Origin: an uncultured Oscillospiraceae bacterium
Lineage (GTDB): Bacteria; Bacillota; Clostridia; Saccharofermentanales; UBA5734
NCBI GenBank assembly: GCA_964534195.1
Contig: CAZHQX010000002.1
Coordinates: 1 to 46,333 of the forward strand
Reading direction: 5' to 3'
Length of the DNA: 46,333 nucleotides
The notes beneath the pieces were generated by a model that worked only from the letters and a program-made list of their open reading frames with translations, did not search any database and was not told the DNA's origin. Positions 26,812 to 36,478 of this stretch are shown here, in pieces. The first letter of the stretch is position 1. Each line of letters begins with the position of its first letter. The position numbers were made by a program, and so were the translations under genes.

Positions 26812-28643
26812 TCTTCATCGAAATAGTCTTCTAGCATATCGAAATTGAGGTCGGGCAAATCAGCCCGACTATTTTCGTTATCGGATTCATCTATACGATT
26901 CTCGATCATAATGATTCTTTTCTGCCACAGCTGCTGTTCACCCTCAAGCCCAAGCTCACGGCACAATGACAGTTTGCCATGACAGGCATCAAGATTTTCG
27001 GGATCGAGCTTGAGTGCCAGATCAAGACTGATCTGTGCTTCTTCGTATTCAGCCAACTGAACCAGTGAATTGCCTTTGCCTGCCAATGCCGGCACATGAT
27101 CAGGAATAAGGCCGATCGCCTGATCGAATAATTCCTCGGCCTCTTCATATTCTCCATAATAATAAAGGATATTTCCCTTCGCATACATGGCATCGGCATA
27201 ATCCGGCGTAGTCTCGAGTGCTTTCTCAGCAAGTTCAAGTGCTCTCTCGCTATCGCCTTCTTGCTGCAGCAACAGAGCCAGAGCTGTCATAGCAGCTGTA
27301 TGCTCAGGAGCGATTGAGATCGCCTTCTCATATAACTCTATTGCATCAGACTCATTGCCCTTGATATCGGCAATAGAAGCCAAATGAAAATAGGCACCTG
27401 AGAAGCTGCCATCGATCTCAAGACATTTGCGGCACATTCTGGCTGCATCATCGATCCAGCCGCCGCTCATGTAGAGGTCAGCCAGCTCAAAATATATATC
27501 CGCGTCCTGGTAAATTTTGCTTATGCTGAAAAAATGCTCGATCGCTTCTCGCTCTCTGCCCAGAAGTACAAGACATCTGCCGATTCCACGTTGTGAATCA
27601 TATCTATATTGTTGGCTGCTGACAGCAGCCTGGAAGTCCACAAGCGCCGACTCATATTTCTCCAGAGAAAAATAGACAAAAGCCCTGTTAATACGGCAGT
27701 CTACTGAATCTGGAAAAAGACTGCAGCCTTTTTCCGCCATTGCAAGTGCTTCCTCTGTTTTATTCTCAGACCATTTGCTCTGAGTAAGCAGACAGTATCC
27801 TGTATGACTGCCAGGAAATAGATCAATAAGCTCACTTCCTGTATCACTGGCTGCGGCTGCATTCCCATGATATCTTAGCCTTTTCGCTTTGAGGATCAGG
27901 AATTGCTCCTTGTCCGAACATATTTCAAGTGCACGGTCAATTAAACCAATCGCACTAGCTTTGTCACCTAATGATTCATATGTGATGACCGCCATATCGA
28001 CAAAAACTGTTTCATCACCAAAATAATCCCATTTTGCACATAGCTCTATCCACTTAAGGCTTAAAGCAGCAAAACCGGCATGATCAGAATTGATCTCAGC
28101 CTCGGAAACGTCATAATGAAATTGCGCCCATGTGATCAAGGCTTCGTTGTCAGTATGCTTGATCAAGTACTCTATATCCAGTAAGTTGTACTCCTGATAT
28201 TCTCGATCCGGTATGGGCATATGAGAGCACATAACTATACGCAGCACGTGTGCACTCAGCTCAGCTATTTTCATATCCGTGATCTGAATGCTTCCATACT
28301 CTGACAGATCAGTTATCAACTCCAGTTCATCGATCAGATCATAGATCTCATCCTCATTCTCAATATTCGGTTCAGTCTCATATCCAAGCCAGCTTGAAAT
28401 TAATCTATAAGTGAAGAGATCTGAGGCTGGATCATGTGTCATTTTCAGCTTCTCAGCTGCGTTCTCAACATCAAAATCCCTGATGAGCTTCGCGGACTCA
28501 AGAATCTGATATAGCATATGCCAGCGGTCGTTTTTTTCACCTGGATAGGCAGGAAACGATTGCCCCCAGGCCAACATCGCTTCCACACTCATATCCTCAA
28601 GGAAGAACTTCATCATTTTGTTTTCGTATGCCAAATCGTTCAA
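26787..28643 (-). CDS. TPR-repeat protein with an uncharacterised N-terminal half
   Basis: The C-terminal ~330 aa show repeated TPR-like A..Y/F..A..pd patterns (AIELYEKAISIAPEH, ALELAEKALETTPDY, AEELFDQAIGLIPDH, AQISLDLALKLDPEN) and an acidic tail. TTG 28643 has GAGGAA 7 nt upstream and starts 2 nt after the UPF0210 stop. Confidence 0.75.
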   Translation of the reverse strand: MNDLAYENKMMKFFLEDMSVEAMLAWGQSFPAYPGEKNDRWHMLYQILESAKLIRDFDVENAAEKLKMTHDPASDLFTYRLISSWLGYETEPNIENEDEIYDLIDELELITDLSEYGSIQITDMKIAELSAHVLRIVMCSHMPIPDREYQEYNLLDIEYLIKHTDNEALITWAQFHYDVSEAEINSDHAGFAALSLKWIELCAKWDYFGDETVFVDMAVITYESLGDKASAIGLIDRALEICSDKEQFLILKAKRLRYHGNAAAASDTGSELIDLFPGSHTGYCLLTQSKWSENKTEEALAMAEKGCSLFPDSVDCRINRAFVYFSLEKYESALVDFQAAVSSQQYRYDSQRGIGRCLVLLGREREAIEHFFSISKIYQDADIYFELADLYMSGGWIDDAARMCRKCLEIDGSFSGAYFHLASIADIKGNESDAIELYEKAISIAPEHTAAMTALALLLQQEGDSERALELAEKALETTPDYADAMYAKGNILYYYGEYEEAEELFDQAIGLIPDHVPALAGKGNSLVQLAEYEEAQISLDLALKLDPENLDACHGKLSLCRELGLEGEQQLWQKRIIMIENRIDESDNENSRADLPDLNFDMLEDYFDEDSAEDILS

Positions 28644-28645
28644 GA

Positions 28646-30004
28646 CTAATTCCTCATACTGTGAATAGGCGCAGGTATTCTGCCACCACGCTTTATGAAC
28701 TCCGCAGGAGATGATTGATTGACAGACATAATTGGAGCTGAACCAAGCAGACCACCGTATGAAACTGTATCTCCGACATCCTTGCCAGGAACCGGAATTA
28801 TGCGGACTGCGGTTGTTTTGTTATTAAATGTGCCAATTGCCATTTCATCTGCGATTATGCCCGAAATAATTTCAGCAGAAGTGTCTCCGGGTATTGCTAC
28901 CATATCTATGCCAACTGAACAAACACAGGTCATCGCTTCCAGCTTCTCAAGTGATAGAGCGCCTGAGTTTACAGCTGCGATCATACCTTCATCTTCACTG
29001 ACCGGTATAAAAGCACCGCTCAATCCACCTACAAATGAAGATGCCATAGTTCCGCCTTTCTTGACGGCGTCATTAAGCATAGCCAGTGCGGCTGTCGTTC
29101 CCCAAGCACCGCAGGTCTCAAGTCCGAACTCTTCAAGAATTCTGGCAATAGAATCACCCACAACAGGTGTTGGTGCCAGTGAAAGATCAATAATTCCAAA
29201 AGGAACATCAAGGCGTCTGGATGCTTCTCTTGCTACCAGCTGACCAACTCTGGTTATTTTGAAAGCTGCCTTCTTGATCGTTTCAGCAACGACACCGAGA
29301 TTCTGGCCTCTAGCGCTCTCTAGCGCATGCTTGACCACACCAGGGCCTGATACACCAACATTAATTACACATTCAGGCTCACCTGGTCCAAGGAAGGCTC
29401 CGGCCATAAACGGGTTATCCTCCGGCGCATTGGCAAAAACAACCAGCTTGCAGCAACCAAGAGCATCTCTGTCAGCTGTAAGTTGGGCAGTTTTCAGGAT
29501 GATCTCACCCATATCACGAACAGCGTCCATATTAATGCCGGTTCTGCTGGTGGCAAGATTTACTGAAGAGCAAACGAGCTCAGTCGTTGCAAGCGCCTCA
29601 GGAATCGAAGCCAAAAGAGCCCTGTCGCTGTTTGAATAGCCCTTATGAACGAGCGCGGAAAAACCACCAATGAAATTAACTCCAACCTCTGACGCGGCAC
29701 GGTCAAGCGCACGCGCATAGCAGGTATAATTATTTGTCTCGCCAGATGCCGCTACCAAAGAGATCGGTGTTACCGAGATTCTCTTATTTATGATCGGGAT
29801 CCCATATTCTCTGCTGATATCCTCACCTGTCTTCACCAGATGTTCAGCTTTTCGACAGATTTTGTCGTAAATGCGCTGGCTGGTCTGCTTGCTGTCAGAG
29901 GTAGCGCAGTCCATAAGTGAGATACCCATCGTTATTGTACGCACGTCAAGATGCTGCTCCTGGAACATGCGGATCGTCTCAAGAATTTCAAATTCATTGA
30001 ACAT
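28646..30004 (-). CDS. UPF0210 / DUF711 (PFL-like) family protein
   Basis: [33 protein letters not shown].. and the 452-aa length match the UPF0210 family. It has the usual ACT-domain partner upstream. Confidence 0.85.
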   Translation of the reverse strand: MFNEFEILETIRMFQEQHLDVRTITMGISLMDCATSDSKQTSQRIYDKICRKAEHLVKTGEDISREYGIPIINKRISVTPISLVAASGETNNYTCYARALDRAASEVGVNFIGGFSALVHKGYSNSDRALLASIPEALATTELVCSSVNLATSRTGINMDAVRDMGEIILKTAQLTADRDALGCCKLVVFANAPEDNPFMAGAFLGPGEPECVINVGVSGPGVVKHALESARGQNLGVVAETIKKAAFKITRVGQLVAREASRRLDVPFGIIDLSLAPTPVVGDSIARILEEFGLETCGAWGTTAALAMLNDAVKKGGTMASSFVGGLSGAFIPVSEDEGMIAAVNSGALSLEKLEAMTCVCSVGIDMVAIPGDTSAEIISGIIADEMAIGTFNNKTTAVRIIPVPGKDVGDTVSYGGLLGSAPIMSVNQSSPAEFIKRGGRIPAPIHSMRN

Positions 30005-30025
30005 ATTTAACTATGACCGTTCCCT

Positions 30026-30319
30026 TCATATACGATGCATCGCATCAAAAATATCTGCATGCTGTATTCTGATCGATATCTCAAGCTCTTTGCCAAGCTG
30101 CTCGAGCTCATCAGCGAGAAGCTTGATATCAGATTTGATTCCAGACAAATCGACAAGCATGATCATGGTAAAAACATCCTGCAGGATAGTCTGTGATATA
30201 TCATTGATATTGACACCCTGTTCAGCCAACAGCTTAGATACTGCGGCGATGATTCCTACACGATCATGTCCGACTACTGTAATTACAGCATTCTGTTTTT
30301 TGTTTTGTTTATCACTCAT
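30026..30319 (-). CDS. ACT domain protein, UPF0237 family
   Basis: AVITVVGHDRVGIIAAVSKLLAEQGVNINDISQTILQDVFTMIMLVDLS, about 90 aa. SD GAGGAG. Confidence 0.85.
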   Translation of the reverse strand: MSDKQNKKQNAVITVVGHDRVGIIAAVSKLLAEQGVNINDISQTILQDVFTMIMLVDLSGIKSDIKLLADELEQLGKELEISIRIQHADIFDAMHRI

Positions 30320-30471
30320 GTTTTCTCCTCACGATCAATATTGGTTTATTACATAGTATTTCGCCGCAGACATTCTGATAAGCCTTGAACTATAGGATCA
30401 CAGCTAATATCCGGACCATTAATTCTACTGCTAATCACAAGAAATGGCTACTGTGAAAACAACCGAAATCA

Positions 30472-31206
30472 TTACCCTATATCATAAGTCTGCATCAATA
30501 TAGCCAGCTCTGTTTCTGATCTCTCAGTCCTTGCTTCGGCCAGAAGCTCATCACTGCTGATCAATGGAAGAATATGTGTAAGCAAAAGCTTCTTAACACC
30601 GTACTTATTAGCGGCAGCAGCACATTCGGCTGCTGTCATATGCATCATGACCGGTTTGCGATATTTCTCAAGCATGCCTGCATCCATGATCGCGAGATCA
30701 GCATCCTGAAGAAGTCCAGCCAAAGCATCACAGGGAGTTGAGTCAGCGGTAAAAGCAAAAATCGATCCGTTATGTTCTATTCTTAAACCGTAAGTTTCAA
30801 CAGGATGCTCCATCCTGTAGGTCTCCAAATGAGCTCCATAGAGATTCATCGACATGCCATCCTTGAGCCGGCCGATAATCATATTGCCTTCACTTCTAAG
30901 GCTGTCGGCCGCTGTCTCAGGTGTTTCCGGTGCAAAAACCGGCAGGGCATCCCTCTTCATACCATACTTGCCGGACAGGTCTATCGCATATTTAAGAACA
31001 GAAATATCACTGATATGATCATTATGCAAATGTGTCAGGATCAAGGCGTCAAGCTTGGTTATATCTATGATCTTAAACATGTTGGCCAATACACCACTGC
31101 CGCAGTCAATTAAGACATAGTGTCCATCAATTTCCAGAAGATAACCGGATGTCGCGCCGCCTGCAGCTGGAAAACCGCCGGAATTGCCAAGAATCGTAAT
31201 CTTCAT
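30472..31206 (-). CDS. MBL-fold metallo-hydrolase
   Basis: MKITILGNSGGFP..LIDCGSG..LTHLHNDHISD (HxHxDH). ATG 31206 has GGAGG 8 nt upstream. Confidence 0.85.
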   Translation of the reverse strand: MKITILGNSGGFPAAGGATSGYLLEIDGHYVLIDCGSGVLANMFKIIDITKLDALILTHLHNDHISDISVLKYAIDLSGKYGMKRDALPVFAPETPETAADSLRSEGNMIIGRLKDGMSMNLYGAHLETYRMEHPVETYGLRIEHNGSIFAFTADSTPCDALAGLLQDADLAIMDAGMLEKYRKPVMMHMTAAECAAAANKYGVKKLLLTHILPLISSDELLAEARTERSETELAILMQTYDIG

Positions 31207-31269
31207 ACAACAGACCTCCATTTCTGATTGTTGCTGTGTGCTTATTTTATCACAAGTTTGAAAGAAACT

Positions 31270-31974
31270 TCAGATAAACAGTTCGACAAAACAACTATCA
31301 GTCAGAATGATCCCGGCAGGTGTTATTATTCCAGCAACTGCAACATCATGCTCTGCGGTCGGTACCTCGTCAATCAGCTGTCCCTCGAGAGCAGCTCCCA
31401 GAGTTAATGGGAAAACCTCTCGCTTGTCAGCTGCTCTACCGGCAAGATATGAATCATAATATGCTTTGCCCCAGCCGAGCCTGCCTCCCTGTCTGTCAAA
31501 CGCCAAACCTGGTAAAACGATCAAATCCGGCTCAACAACGGAATCAAGCTCCTCCGGCGGCTCCTGAACACCAAAATGACCCTTGATAAACCATTTATCA
31601 AGTCGAGGGTCATTAGGTTTAATTATTGGAGCTCTAATAAATTTTAATGCCCTGCCCGGCGGTGAATCAGATCCAGCAGATACCATAATGGGAAAAGACA
31701 ACTCCCAGCCTGCCTTTTGCAGCGCATGCCAGATCGAGGAAAAATCAGCTTCATGTCGAAAAGCGTTATAAAGACCCACACAGGGCCGATCTGACTTCTT
31801 ACGTGATTCAAAATAGTCCTGATTGTCATTGATCAGACGCAGCAATTTTTCAGCCATCATGGCAGATTGGTCTTGTACATCCTGTTCTTGCAAGCTCTCA
31901 CGCCATATGGACATACGCTTGCGGACAGCCTGCTTTTGCAAGACTATATCATATTTATTATTTGTGTTATCCAT
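31270..31974 (-). CDS. 5-formyltetrahydrofolate cyclo-ligase
   Basis: LIVLPGLAFDRQGGRLGWGKAYYDSYL and the upstream KQAVRKRM pattern are typical of MTHFS/YgfA. Confidence 0.85.
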   Translation of the reverse strand: MDNTNNKYDIVLQKQAVRKRMSIWRESLQEQDVQDQSAMMAEKLLRLINDNQDYFESRKKSDRPCVGLYNAFRHEADFSSIWHALQKAGWELSFPIMVSAGSDSPPGRALKFIRAPIIKPNDPRLDKWFIKGHFGVQEPPEELDSVVEPDLIVLPGLAFDRQGGRLGWGKAYYDSYLAGRAADKREVFPLTLGAALEGQLIDEVPTAEHDVAVAGIITPAGIILTDSCFVELFI

Positions 31975-31976
31975 AA

Positions 31977-33764
31977 CTATTGCTCCAGCTCAGGGAACAT
32001 CATCGCTTCAATATAGAGCTCAGTAAATACCGGATCAGAAGAAAGCTCGAAATACTCAACCGAAGCAGCCGCCAAAGCAGCTTCCTGACGCAGCTCATCG
32101 TTCAACATACATGCTATCGCGCCCATGCCTGACGTATTGCCGACAGCTCTTGTTTTATCTCTGGCACCAGTCGGCAGCAGACCTATCTTATATGCGTCAT
32201 CCACATTGAGATAATATCCGAAGCCACCTGCAAGCAAAATCTCGTCCAGGTCACTTGCCTTCATATCGGTTTGCTTAAGAAGCCTCATAACACCAGCAGC
32301 CACCGCGGCTTTTGCGTTTTGCAGCTCACGAACATCCCGCTGAGACAGATATATTTTACCATCAGGCTTGTCCAGCCAGAATATGTTCATGCCATCCATT
32401 TCAGAGCATCTAGCTGCCAGCTCAGCAGGCAATTCATCCGGATCATCTGCCAGACGACCAGTCTCATCGATCACACCGGCCTGCAGCAAGGCAGCGACAG
32501 CGGAAACCAAACCTGATCCGCACAAACCCTGTGGGGCTGCGCCACTGATAACCGAAAACCTGATGTCTCCCCCCTCGAGCCAGACCTTATCGATCGCTCC
32601 CGTTGTACCACTCATACCGCAGCTAATATTCGCGGCTTCAAAAGCAGGACCGGCAGCGGTTGAGCAAGCTGTCATTCCATCTGGACGCGACAATACGATC
32701 TCGCCGTTCGTCCCCAGATCAACCAGAAGCTTATTTGACTTGTCTGCTCTGAACAGTCCGCAGGCCATAATACCAGCTGTGATATCCGCGCCTGCATATG
32801 CCGATATCGATGGCAGGAGCAAGCATAATGGATCGCCTGCTACATTGATATTCAATTGACCAGCGCTCAGAATTTGTTCTGATATACTGACAGGAATAAA
32901 TGGCGACTGTGATATGGCCGTGGGATTCAGTCCGCATAGTATATGCATCATGGTCGTATTGCCGCTGATACTTAGGAAGTGTACGTCATGCCTCTTAAGT
33001 CCGGCAGCTGAAATCATCTCCTCAGTCATCCCGGAGATCGCACCAGCTATCTGCTTCTGCATTAATTGTAGATTGCTTATATCATTATCTATACGTTCAA
33101 TACGGCTGATCACATCGGCACCAGAGCTGCGCTGAGGATTGTACCTTGAGCTGACGCCAAGTCTCTCACCAGTTTCAAGATCATAGAGCCAGGCGGCAAG
33201 AGTCGTTGTTCCAATATCGATAGCTGCTGCCAGGATATGCTCTGTATTGGCCTGCAAAAAATGTGTTATCTCAGATGTGTCTCGCCTGAACACGAACTCA
33301 ATATCACGATTACCTGCATTAATGATATTAAAAAGCTGAGGCAGAAGAACAAAAGGAACTTTGAGTCCGCTTGTCTCTTCAAAACGCAGCTGATTGGAGC
33401 GTTGATCTTTTATACTGGCAGGCTCGAGACTTACTTTGCCTCTGTTAATTAACGGCGCGATCACGATATCAGGCATCAGACCATCTGATGAGATCTGCGC
33501 TTTGCCGAATTCAGGCAGCTCAACAACGATCACTTGATCTGGTTTCAGTCCGTTATTCTCAGCCCATTCATGACTGATCACAGTCTGGCAGGACAAAACA
33601 TCGCCTACTCCATCAATTTTCACACGACATTTACCACAGCTGCCTTTGCCGCCGCAGGGCGCGCTGACTGCAGCGTCGTGCTCCTGCAGCAGATGAAGCA
33701 GATTTATCGGCTGATCGGTAACATGCTCAAAATTTCTTTGCTCACCTTTTACCAGTATGATCAT
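31977..33764 (-). CDS. [2Fe-2S] ferredoxin-domain + ASKHA ATPase (DUF4445) protein, RACo-like corrinoid-activation family
   Basis: N-terminal CGGKGSCGKCRV..SCQ plant-type ferredoxin cysteines. ASKHA phosphate motifs AAAIDIGTTT and LVDLGTNGE. The overall 595-aa architecture is as in reductive activators of corrinoid enzymes. Confidence 0.8.
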   Translation of the reverse strand: MIILVKGEQRNFEHVTDQPINLLHLLQEHDAAVSAPCGGKGSCGKCRVKIDGVGDVLSCQTVISHEWAENNGLKPDQVIVVELPEFGKAQISSDGLMPDIVIAPLINRGKVSLEPASIKDQRSNQLRFEETSGLKVPFVLLPQLFNIINAGNRDIEFVFRRDTSEITHFLQANTEHILAAAIDIGTTTLAAWLYDLETGERLGVSSRYNPQRSSGADVISRIERIDNDISNLQLMQKQIAGAISGMTEEMISAAGLKRHDVHFLSISGNTTMMHILCGLNPTAISQSPFIPVSISEQILSAGQLNINVAGDPLCLLLPSISAYAGADITAGIMACGLFRADKSNKLLVDLGTNGEIVLSRPDGMTACSTAAGPAFEAANISCGMSGTTGAIDKVWLEGGDIRFSVISGAAPQGLCGSGLVSAVAALLQAGVIDETGRLADDPDELPAELAARCSEMDGMNIFWLDKPDGKIYLSQRDVRELQNAKAAVAAGVMRLLKQTDMKASDLDEILLAGGFGYYLNVDDAYKIGLLPTGARDKTRAVGNTSGMGAIACMLNDELRQEAALAAASVEYFELSSDPVFTELYIEAMMFPELEQ

Positions 33765-33948
33765 TTATGTATTCCCCTTACCTAAATTGATTTTATATGC
33801 ATATGTCTTGTTGTTTATTATAATAGTCTAGCACAGCTGCTATTTGTAGTAATTTTCTGTTGTTTCTGTTACTCTTTTGTATCTTTGAAATGAAAAGCAC
33901 GACATTTAGACAAGCATTTTGCTAAAATAGTTCAACGGAGGTGGTTTT

Positions 33949-34491
33949 TTGAGAACTACACATGTCCAGATAGTAATGGCTTCTCATGTTAATGGAGCGA
34001 AACGCCTATTTGGCGGCAAGCTTATGGAATGGATAGATGTTACGGCCGCGGTTGAGGCCAGGAGACATGCCTGCCGTGATGTTACACTGGCAGCAGTTGA
34101 TCCTTTGGAGTTTATAGCACCGGTCAAAATGAATGATACGGTAGTACTGGAGGCAGAGGTTACCTGGACAGGCAATACATCTCTGGAAGTCAGAGTAGAT
34201 ACATTTGTAGAGCACCTTGACCTCAGCAGGAAGCATGTCAACAGAGCGTATCTGGTTTTTGTAGCCGTCGATGAAGATAATAAGCCACAGCCGGTCAAGC
34301 CTTATGAGCCGGTCACAGCGCTGGAGCATAAGGAATATGACAATGCTTTTTTACGTAGAGCGTTTCGCTTAAGACTTCGGAAAGAGGCAGAGGCATTGCA
34401 GGAGCTTGCAGAGAGACTCAAGGACAAGGAGCTGCCGCCTCAAAACAGCGAGATACTAATACAGGCAGCCGAGGAAACTAATCAGAACTGA
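33949..34491 (+). CDS. Acyl-CoA thioesterase (hotdog fold)
   Basis: VMASHVNGAKRLFGGKLMEWIDVTAAVEARRH..VTLAAVD..F..PV..D is the YciA/Acot-type pattern. TTG start lies 7 nt after GGAGG. Confidence 0.85.
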   Translation: MRTTHVQIVMASHVNGAKRLFGGKLMEWIDVTAAVEARRHACRDVTLAAVDPLEFIAPVKMNDTVVLEAEVTWTGNTSLEVRVDTFVEHLDLSRKHVNRAYLVFVAVDEDNKPQPVKPYEPVTALEHKEYDNAFLRRAFRLRLRKEAEALQELAERLKDKELPPQNSEILIQAAEETNQN

Positions 34492-34507
34492 TAGGAGTTG
34501 ATCATAA

Positions 34508-35281
34508 ATGTCGATCTTCAACAGGGAAAAACCGATCGTAAATCCAATCAAGGAGCGTAGGCCTAAGAAGCCCATCGTCTGGTTTCTTGATATTCTCGTT
34601 ATTGTTATCGCAGTTATCGGCATATATCTGATAGTTAAGCCGATGTACGTTCATTGGCAGCAGGACAGACTCAGTACCAAACTGCAGGAGAACTTCGAAG
34701 AAGGTGACGGAACGATCACATTTCAGGCTGACCAATGGGTCGTACCCGGAGAGGATCTTGAGTATTTTGAAGAAAATGATGGCTATGATGTGCCGCCGTC
34801 TGAATCAGACACTCTGGAAACTGAAACCGTTGATTCAACTGAGCCAGAGCCTGAAGTCATCACGGTAAAAGCCATCGGCAAGATAAAAATTGATAAAATC
34901 GGTGTTGATATGCCAATAGCTGAAGGTTCTACCAAGTACAATCTGCGTGTGGCGATAGGGCATTACAGCTACAGCGCGCCTGCCGGTGAGCCAGGTCTGA
35001 GTATTTATCTTGGCCACAGAATGTATGATTATGGCAGGCACTTCAATCGACTTGGCGAGATCGTTTCAGGTGATATCGTTGTGATCGAAACCAAAGAAGC
35101 ACGCTTCACATATGAAGTCGATGGTATCAGCATTATTGATCCTCAGGAGATTCCCGCATACTTCAATGAACAGACAAATGGTGAGAACCGTCTCTTGCTG
35201 GTCACCTGCCATCCTGTTCGAGTTGCATCACATAGACTGCTGGTACATGGCAAATTGATCAGCACCGAACCGCTCGCTTAA
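34508..35281 (+). CDS. Sortase family transpeptidase
   Basis: N-terminal TM, then catalytic His (YLGHRMY), Cys (LLLVTCHP) and Arg (ASHRLLVHG). SD AGGAG. Confidence 0.85.
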   Translation: MSIFNREKPIVNPIKERRPKKPIVWFLDILVIVIAVIGIYLIVKPMYVHWQQDRLSTKLQENFEEGDGTITFQADQWVVPGEDLEYFEENDGYDVPPSESDTLETETVDSTEPEPEVITVKAIGKIKIDKIGVDMPIAEGSTKYNLRVAIGHYSYSAPAGEPGLSIYLGHRMYDYGRHFNRLGEIVSGDIVVIETKEARFTYEVDGISIIDPQEIPAYFNEQTNGENRLLLVTCHPVRVASHRLLVHGKLISTEPLA

Positions 35282-35306
35282 TTTGAGTCATTACATAATT
35301 TGATAA

Positions 35307-35344
35307 GAAAAAACTGCCCTGTGCTTTTTATAAGCACGGGGCAG
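35307..35344 (-). terminator. Rho-independent terminator of fba (may also serve the convergent sortase gene)
   Basis: On the minus strand, CUGCCCCGUGCUU-AUAAA-AAGCACAGGGCAG forms a 13-bp stem with one mismatch, followed by UUUUUU. Confidence 0.8.
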
Positions 35345-35380
35345 TCTAACTTTTAAATTGGTTTTTAGTACTGGACGTAA

Positions 35381-36316
35381 TTAGATTTTGCCGTCGCAGC
35401 CAAGAACATTCTTGATCTTATGCTCAACCATACCCTTGATAGATGCACGTGCAGGGCTGAGATACTGACGAGGATCAAAATGGCTTGGGTTCTCCGCGAA
35501 ATATTTACGGATGGTACCTGTCATTGCCAGTCTCAGGTCAGAGTCGATGTTGATTTTGCAAACTGCCATTTTGGCTGCCTGACGGAGCATGTCCTCAGGA
35601 ATACCGATAGCATCAGGCATCTCACCACCAAATTTGTTGATCATCTCAACATATTCAGGAATAACTGAGCTGGCGCCATGCAGAACGATCGGGAAACCAG
35701 GAAGCTTCTTCTCGATTTCTTCGAGGATATCGAAACGCAGCTGTGGCTTCTGACCAGGCTTGAACTTGAAAGCACCATGGCTTGTGCCAATAGCGATAGC
35801 CAGTGAATCACAGCCTGTACGTGTAACGAAATCATAGACCTGCTCAGGATCAGTATATGAAGCATCTGCAGATGAAACATTAACATCATCCTCAACACCA
35901 GCGAGACGGCCAAGCTCAGCTTCAACAACTACGCCTCTCTCATGAGCGTATTCAACAACTCTCTTTGTCAGCTCAACATTCTCTTCATAGCTATGATGAG
36001 AACCATCGATCATGACTGAAGTAAAACCGCCGTCGATACAGCTCTTACAGAGCTCAAAAGTGTCGCCATGATCAAGATGCAGGGCGATCGGCAGATCAGT
36101 CTCGATGATAGCTGCTTCAACCAGCTTGGTCAGATATGTATGATTAGCATACTTTCTGGCGCCTGATGAAACCTGAAGAATAAGTGGTGACTTCAGTTCC
36201 TTGGCAGCTTCAGTGATACCCTGGATGATCTCCATGTTGTTAACGTTGAAAGCACCGATGGCATAACCGCCCTCATAGGCCTTCTGAAACATTTCCTTTG
36301 TTGTTACAAGTGGCAT
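35381..36316 (-). CDS. fba: Class II fructose-1,6-bisphosphate aldolase
   Basis: MPLVTTKEMFQKAYEGGYAIGAFNVNNME..LHLDHG..VMIDGSH. ATG 36316 lies 9 nt after AGGAG. Confidence 0.95.
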   Translation of the reverse strand: MPLVTTKEMFQKAYEGGYAIGAFNVNNMEIIQGITEAAKELKSPLILQVSSGARKYANHTYLTKLVEAAIIETDLPIALHLDHGDTFELCKSCIDGGFTSVMIDGSHHSYEENVELTKRVVEYAHERGVVVEAELGRLAGVEDDVNVSSADASYTDPEQVYDFVTRTGCDSLAIAIGTSHGAFKFKPGQKPQLRFDILEEIEKKLPGFPIVLHGASSVIPEYVEMINKFGGEMPDAIGIPEDMLRQAAKMAVCKINIDSDLRLAMTGTIRKYFAENPSHFDPRQYLSPARASIKGMVEHKIKNVLGCDGKI

Positions 36317-36420
36317 AATGTTCATCTCCTTTTATATTATTGATCCCGATTTACAATCCAGCCCACCCGTGCCATTTTCGGATTAGCAGTCAACTGTCTG
36401 CTGACGGACGAGCCAATATT

Positions 36421-36449
36421 ATTGTATGGGTGTTTTAACAGCTAGTCAA
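36421..36449 (-). promoter_or_regulatory. fba promoter TTGACT-17-TACAAT
   Basis: The reverse complement of 36444-36449 is TTGACT and of 36421-36426 is TACAAT. It gives a leader of about 100 nt. Confidence 0.5.
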
Positions 36450-36478
36450 CTGATTTTGCATTTGACATCAGGTTTCTC

